A stretch of DNA of 64,000 nucleotides from Verrucomicrobiales bacterium (GTDB lineage: Bacteria; Verrucomicrobiota; Verrucomicrobiia; Methylacidiphilales; JAAUTS01), in assembly GCA_031256975.1 (NCBI GenBank), contig JAIRPN010000014.1, forward strand, positions 30,957 to 94,956. The letters run 5' to 3'. The translations under genes were made by a program, and so were the position numbers. The notes below the pieces were generated by a model, which saw nothing but the letters and a program-made list of their open reading frames with translations, was not told the origin of the DNA and made no database searches. This document shows positions 59,908 through 64,000 of the stretch, piece by piece. How positions within the stretch are numbered: position 1 is the stretch's first letter; the number at the start of each line of letters is the position of its first letter.

Positions 59908-60813
59908 TTAGTTGGCGAAGGTTGAGAGGTAAAACAGGCGGCTGTAAATATACACGCCGCCTTTTTTCGGCGCGGGCAGGGAACTGGAATTGACCGTACT
60001 CTGCCAATTTTGTTCGAGTTGGCCCATGGTGGCGTTGGGTTGGAAGTCGCGCATTTGCGAGGCAAGGTTGACGGCTTCGTCAGTGGTCATGATGGTTGCG
60101 GATTTGCGGTCGAGCACGGCGATGGTCACGCCGATGGCGGTCACGTCTTTGAGGCCGTTGATGGTACCGGTGTCATCACCGTTGCTGTCGAACTGTGGAA
60201 TCCAGGGGGTGGCACTAAGGGTGCCGTTGCGCAGCAAATAGTCGTATTCAAAGCGGATGATATTGGGGGTGATGACTTCGTAATCGGAGTCTGTGGCTGT
60301 TGAACTGATTGCGGTTGGCCAGGCGGAACTGATGGTTAGAGGCAGGAAAATTGCCGGGGTTTGGCTGTTGGCGTTGCTCCAGGGAAGCGCCTTGCTCATG
60401 CGTTCAACGTAGGGACGCTGGTTGGTGCTGCCGGAATTGAGCCGGTAAGCGACAAGGGAGATCGAGTTTGAAGTGTTACCGCCGGAAGATGAATAACCCG
60501 GTACTTCGCAGTAGAAAGCCAGCTGATCGTTTTTGTTGGAGTCAGTGGAGGAGTAACCGTCGTTGCCCTTGAGATAATAGTCAACGTCGACACGTTTGAC
60601 GATACGGGAGAAATCAGCGGCCATGCGGGCGAATAGCAGGCGGGCGGTGTTGTCGGCGTCGAGGTGGGAGTTGCTCAGGTTGGTGACGCGGGTGGTGCTG
60701 TTGAATAACTGCGCGACCAAGGCGACGAGGATCAAGAGCACGGTCACCGCCACCAGAATTTCGGTGAGGGTGAAGCCTCTTGCGGTCGCTAATGATGATC
60801 TTGGTGCGGGCAT
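59908..60813 (-). CDS. Prepilin-type N-terminal cleavage/methylation domain protein (GspJ-like; cassette protein C-like)
   Basis: 301 aa. ARG|FTLTEILVAVTVLLILVALVAQLF, with Glu at +5. Confidence 0.75.
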   Translation of the reverse strand: MPAPRSSLATARGFTLTEILVAVTVLLILVALVAQLFNSTTRVTNLSNSHLDADNTARLLFARMAADFSRIVKRVDVDYYLKGNDGYSSTDSNKNDQLAFYCEVPGYSSSGGNTSNSISLVAYRLNSGSTNQRPYVERMSKALPWSNANSQTPAIFLPLTISSAWPTAISSTATDSDYEVITPNIIRFEYDYLLRNGTLSATPWIPQFDSNGDDTGTINGLKDVTAIGVTIAVLDRKSATIMTTDEAVNLASQMRDFQPNATMGQLEQNWQSTVNSSSLPAPKKGGVYIYSRLFYLSTFAN

Positions 60814-60828
60814 TGCGAGAGATGACGG

Positions 60829-61275
60829 TTAGTGCCGGTTGAGGGCGACAAAAGTTTCGACCGTCCCGCTGGGGGGCTGGGTTGGATTTTCCACGACCGG
60901 CCAAGTCACCTTCAGGCTGCAGTAGATCGACTGGCTGCCGCTGTATTGGCGAATGGCGATGGTACTCAGTTGATACAAGGCGCCGTTTTTTTGGGTGGTG
61001 CCGGTGTTGTCGAAATACAGAGTGGTGCTGCCAGACAGGTTGATCCGGTATTGGGAAGATTGGGAAACGGTGCCGGAAGTGGCGTATAGGTCTGCGGCGA
61101 CCGAACTGAGAATCGAAGTGGCCGCGGTTTGCTGGATGGAATTGCGGTTATTCGCCAAGCCGACCGGCAACAAGCCAAGCACCGCCACCAGACAAAAGGC
61201 CACCACGCCAAGGGCCAAAGTTACTTCCACCAGGGAAAACGCCCGTTGCCGCCGGTGTTGGGTTAAGCGGTTCAT
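60829..61275 (-). CDS. Prepilin-type N-terminal cleavage/methylation domain protein (GspI-like; cassette protein B-like)
   Basis: 148 aa. RQRA|FSLVEVTLALGVVAFCLVAVLGLL, with Glu at +5. ATGA overlap with the upstream gene. Confidence 0.7.
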   Translation of the reverse strand: MNRLTQHRRQRAFSLVEVTLALGVVAFCLVAVLGLLPVGLANNRNSIQQTAATSILSSVAADLYATSGTVSQSSQYRINLSGSTTLYFDNTGTTQKNGALYQLSTIAIRQYSGSQSIYCSLKVTWPVVENPTQPPSGTVETFVALNRH

Positions 61276-61991
61276 CGGCGATAGATTTCTACGTTTCCTC
61301 CTGCTCCGGTAAATTGGATGGCCGCGACATTTTTATTGTTGCTGTCGACCCGGCTGCCTTGGGTCGGGCACAAGCCGATTTCGCCGATGCGCGGCAAATC
61401 GGTCTCACCATTGATGCTGGCTTCGCCGTTGGGGCTGAAGCGGACGGTTTGGTTGAAAGTATATTGCAACATGTTGAGTGGATGCGGGGTTTGCGCGCTG
61501 GATTCGCTGTTGACACGGAATTTTGAACTCTCATCGCCAGTGTAAGGATCGTCCGGGCGACCGTCAAGGGAGGCGGGATTATTGCCGCCAGCCGGAGCGG
61601 CAAGATCGGCCAGGTGAACGTTGTCCAGGCGGAGTAATTTTTCAATTGCCACAATACGGTTGGAGGGAAGCGACGCGGTGGTTGACGAGTCGTCGAAAAT
61701 TTGTGTCCCGTCGATGGATGCGGCCATCGCAATCAACACACGCCCGCTGCCCGGCGTATTGGCGGAAGCGGTTGGCGAGGCGCTTTCCTCGTGGAAGCCG
61801 ACCCACACATAGGTGTTATGGGTCATCGCATAGGTGCGGGCACGTTGCAGGGCCGAGGCGATTTCATAGGCCGAATTGGTGATATTGCCTGCGGTTTGGA
61901 GACCGGACAGGGCAGGTACGATCAGGGCGGTCAATGCGGACATGACCGCGACGACCACCAGCAACTCTATCAAAGTAAACGCTTTTTTCAT
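61272..61991 (-). CDS. Prepilin-type N-terminal cleavage/methylation domain protein (GspH/FimT-like; cassette protein D-like)
   Basis: 239 aa. MKKA|FTLIELLVVVAVMSALTALIVPAL, followed by a GspH-like ...EIASALQRARTYAM helix. First gene of the cassette. Confidence 0.8.
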   Translation of the reverse strand: MKKAFTLIELLVVVAVMSALTALIVPALSGLQTAGNITNSAYEIASALQRARTYAMTHNTYVWVGFHEESASPTASANTPGSGRVLIAMAASIDGTQIFDDSSTTASLPSNRIVAIEKLLRLDNVHLADLAAPAGGNNPASLDGRPDDPYTGDESSKFRVNSESSAQTPHPLNMLQYTFNQTVRFSPNGEASINGETDLPRIGEIGLCPTQGSRVDSNNKNVAAIQFTGAGGNVEIYRR

Positions 61992-62292
61992 TGGATGCTC
62001 CTGCGCTTGCTAATTAATACAGCTTTTACATAGCGCTTTATATATATTTTGGCAAACAAAAACTTTTGCTTTGGTGGTAAAGTAAGTTTTGCATACTTTT
62101 GGCTTTTGGGATTCACCTAACCGCCATTTCTCTGAATGAAGCCGGTATAAAATGCAGCTGAAAAATTGTTCCAAAGGGTTAACCCTCCAGTGACTGGTTG
62201 CTTATCGAGGGGAGTAACTTGTACAGCTTTTAACCTGTCAATGGCTAAATTTTAGACTTGCAATTACTATAGCAAGAATATAGCTATCGAAG

Positions 62293-64000
62293 ATGCGCGC
62301 CCGCAATTTGTTGTCTGACGACTTATCCCTGCAGCAGCTTGAAGAGATTCTTTCGCGTCATCCCAAGCGTCCATTGTTGCCATCGTTGGGAGAGAATGAG
62401 TGGCGCCGTGCCGCTAATGACCGGAATGTACAATCCCTGATTGCCCCGTTGCGCGAGATGGCATTGGCGGAGTGTGATGTGCCAATGCCGGTGCTGACAG
62501 ACGAGCTTTACGCGCATTTCAAGCAAACCGGCATCCGTCTGAATTTTGAGCGGGAATATTTCGAGCGTCGCCGCCGTTTGGGGCGGGCGGCAATTTCATT
62601 GTTGCTTTGTGATAAACAGGACCCGCGTTATGACGCGCTGTTAGCGTCCGTGACGGCCAAATTGACGGATATTTTCGAGGAAGTGTCGTGGGCCCTGCCG
62701 GCACATGTGCATTGGCACGATGCCGATGTAAGCGGCAAGGAGCCGATGCAGATTGATTTGTTTTGCGCGGAAACGGCGAATTTGATGGCGGAGTGCCTGG
62801 ACTTGTTTGGCGGGGTGTTGCCATTGGCGCTGCGGCAGCGGATTCGCGACCGTCTGCACAAGATGGTGTTTGAGAATTATCTGGCGACGCCGTTTCATTG
62901 GAAAACAGTGACGCACAACTGGAATGCGGTCTGTCATCAAGGCGTAGTCGGTGCCGCATTGTCGCAAGTGGAGGACGCTTCGCTGTTAGCGTCAATGCTG
63001 CTCGAGGCGCGGAAAAATCTGCCGTATTTTCTACAGGGATTCACTGCGGACGGTGGCTGCACCGAGGGCGTGGGTTATTGGAGTTACGGTTTCGGGTGGT
63101 TCACACGGTTGAACGAGCAACTGGAGACGCGTACCGGCGGGGAATTGTCATTGTTCGCTAATAATGAACTGGTGAAAAAAATCGCCCGTTTTGGCCCGCG
63201 CATGGCCTTGTCGGGCAACAAGCTGGTGAATTTCTCCGACAATGGCGCGGAAGGCGGTATCAGTCCATCGTTGTTAGCGTACTTTGCCAAGGTATTGGAG
63301 GAGCCGCGTTATGCGGATCTGGCGGCGGAGAATTATCGTACCTTGCTAGCGCAGGGCATGGACAAAGGCGCGGAGCGTTGTGATGTATTTTTGCTGGGGC
63401 GTCTGGTGTTGTGTTTGCCGGCGGATCTGGACCGGACGCTAACGGCGAAGTCGGAGGAAGATTGTTATCTGGACAAGCTGGGCGTGCTGGTGGCGCGGGG
63501 AACGGACGCCAACGGCCATCGCTGGGATTTCGCGGCGAAGGCCGGGAACAACGACGAGCATCATAATCATAACGACTGTGGCAACTTCCTGCTGAATATT
63601 GACGGTCGCCGGGTGGTGATGGAGATTGGTGCGCCGGAGTATGTGCACGATTATTTCGGACCGAAGCGTTACGAATTTCTTGCGGCGCGCAGCCTGGGGC
63701 ACTCGCTGCCGGTGATCAATGGTTGCGAACAGTCGGCTGGCGCGGAATTCACTTCGCGGGTGACGCGTTGTGAATTCACGGATGACGGCGCCTGTTTCGG
63801 AGTGGATGCGACGGCGGCATATCCGCCAGCGGCGAAGTGCGAGCTGTTCAAGCGGAGTTATCGGTTGTTCAAGCGCGAGGGCAGGCTGGAAATCCGCGAT
63901 GAATTTGTTTTGCAGGAAGCGGGGCAATTGGAAGCTGCGCTGGTTTTGTCGCAGCCGGCCCGGTTGCAAGACCCGCATTGCGCGGTGGTGGATTTGGACG
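62293..64000 (+). CDS. Heparinase II/III-family (polysaccharide lyase-like) protein, 3'-truncated by the window edge
   Basis: Manual translation from the ATG at 62293 stays open to 64000 (569 codons): MRARNLLSDDLSLQQLEEILSRHP... Contains ...HNWNAVCHQGVVGAA..., GCTEGVGYWSYGF and EHHNHNDCGNFLL, which are typical heparinase II/III blocks. The ORF track omits it because it has no stop in the window. Confidence 0.75.
   Translation, partial: MRARNLLSDDLSLQQLEEILSRHPKRPLLPSLGENEWRRAANDRNVQSLIAPLREMALAECDVPMPVLTDELYAHFKQTGIRLNFEREYFERRRRLGRAAISLLLCDKQDPRYDALLASVTAKLTDIFEEVSWALPAHVHWHDADVSGKEPMQIDLFCAETANLMAECLDLFGGVLPLALRQRIRDRLHKMVFENYLATPFHWKTVTHNWNAVCHQGVVGAALSQVEDASLLASMLLEARKNLPYFLQGFTADGGCTEGVGYWSYGFGWFTRLNEQLETRTGGELSLFANNELVKKIARFGPRMALSGNKLVNFSDNGAEGGISPSLLAYFAKVLEEPRYADLAAENYRTLLAQGMDKGAERCDVFLLGRLVLCLPADLDRTLTAKSEEDCYLDKLGVLVARGTDANGHRWDFAAKAGNNDEHHNHNDCGNFLLNIDGRRVVMEIGAPEYVHDYFGPKRYEFLAARSLGHSLPVINGCEQSAGAEFTSRVTRCEFTDDGACFGVDATAAYPPAAKCELFKRSYRLFKREGRLEIRDEFVLQEAGQLEAALVLSQPARLQDPHCAVVDLD

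Noticed and set aside
59903-60007. 35-codon upstream extension of the giant cassette protein ORF.
   Set aside because: It overlaps the 3' end of the upstream pseudopilin gene. The ATG at 59902 lies 5 nt after that gene's stop and directly precedes the GspK-like hydrophobic N-terminus.
62323-62995. Minus-strand ORFs 62323..62526 and 62519..62995 listed in the track.
   Set aside because: They are antisense to an uninterrupted + strand reading frame (62293 to the window end) that carries heparinase II/III signature blocks. The antisense translations are Arg/Pro/Ser-rich nonsense.

Overview
This 64-kb chromosomal segment probably comes from a Verrucomicrobia/PVC-type bacterium. That is an inference from a PEP-CTERM protein with autotransporter-associated beta-strand repeats, a prepilin-type four-gene cassette, a GntR-HTH/periplasmic-binding-domain regulator, and heparinase-II/III and FAD_oxidored-type genes.

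Gene content, left to right:
- A LysR-controlled AaeXAB/FUSC-type efflux operon with two tandem FUSC paralogues and a NodT lipoprotein.
- A CzcCBA-type heavy-metal RND system.
- UDP-xylose synthase and a stand-alone CHASE2 membrane protein.
- A complete F1Fo ATP synthase operon (atpBEFHAGDC).
- rimO, an Mpv17-like membrane protein, an FAH-family hydrolase, thiD, mtnN, a SAM methyltransferase and a ClC channel.
- LysR, an outer-membrane beta-barrel protein, TetR and a TolC-MFP-RND operon.
- A secreted VWA protein plus a histidine kinase/OmpR-type response regulator pair.
- ilvB, malic enzyme, a polysaccharide deacetylase and tRNA-Lys(CTT).
- A carbohydrate-related locus: regulator, PEP-CTERM repeat protein, GH5, a clan GH-A-like hydrolase, an FAD oxidoreductase, and a GspH/I/J/K-like pseudopilin cassette with a giant K-like protein. 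A heparinase II/III gene runs off the 3' edge.

The ORF track omits the two edge-truncated genes (1..152 minus, 62293..64000 plus) and lists many antisense shadow ORFs.

Most interesting signals:
1. A frame-independent, orientation-balanced, strongly over-represented DNA word family, RTTAGCG/CGCTAAY. Exact 10-16-mer versions recur in unrelated genes and in intergenic hairpins, and its distribution along the window is patchy.
2. A classic Val/Leu/Ile-rich leader peptide plus intrinsic terminator (an attenuator) hidden inside the over-extended ilvB ORF call.
3. The pseudopilin cassette, translationally coupled to secreted and redox/CAZyme genes.

No CRISPR array, rRNA, transposase or integrase was seen.
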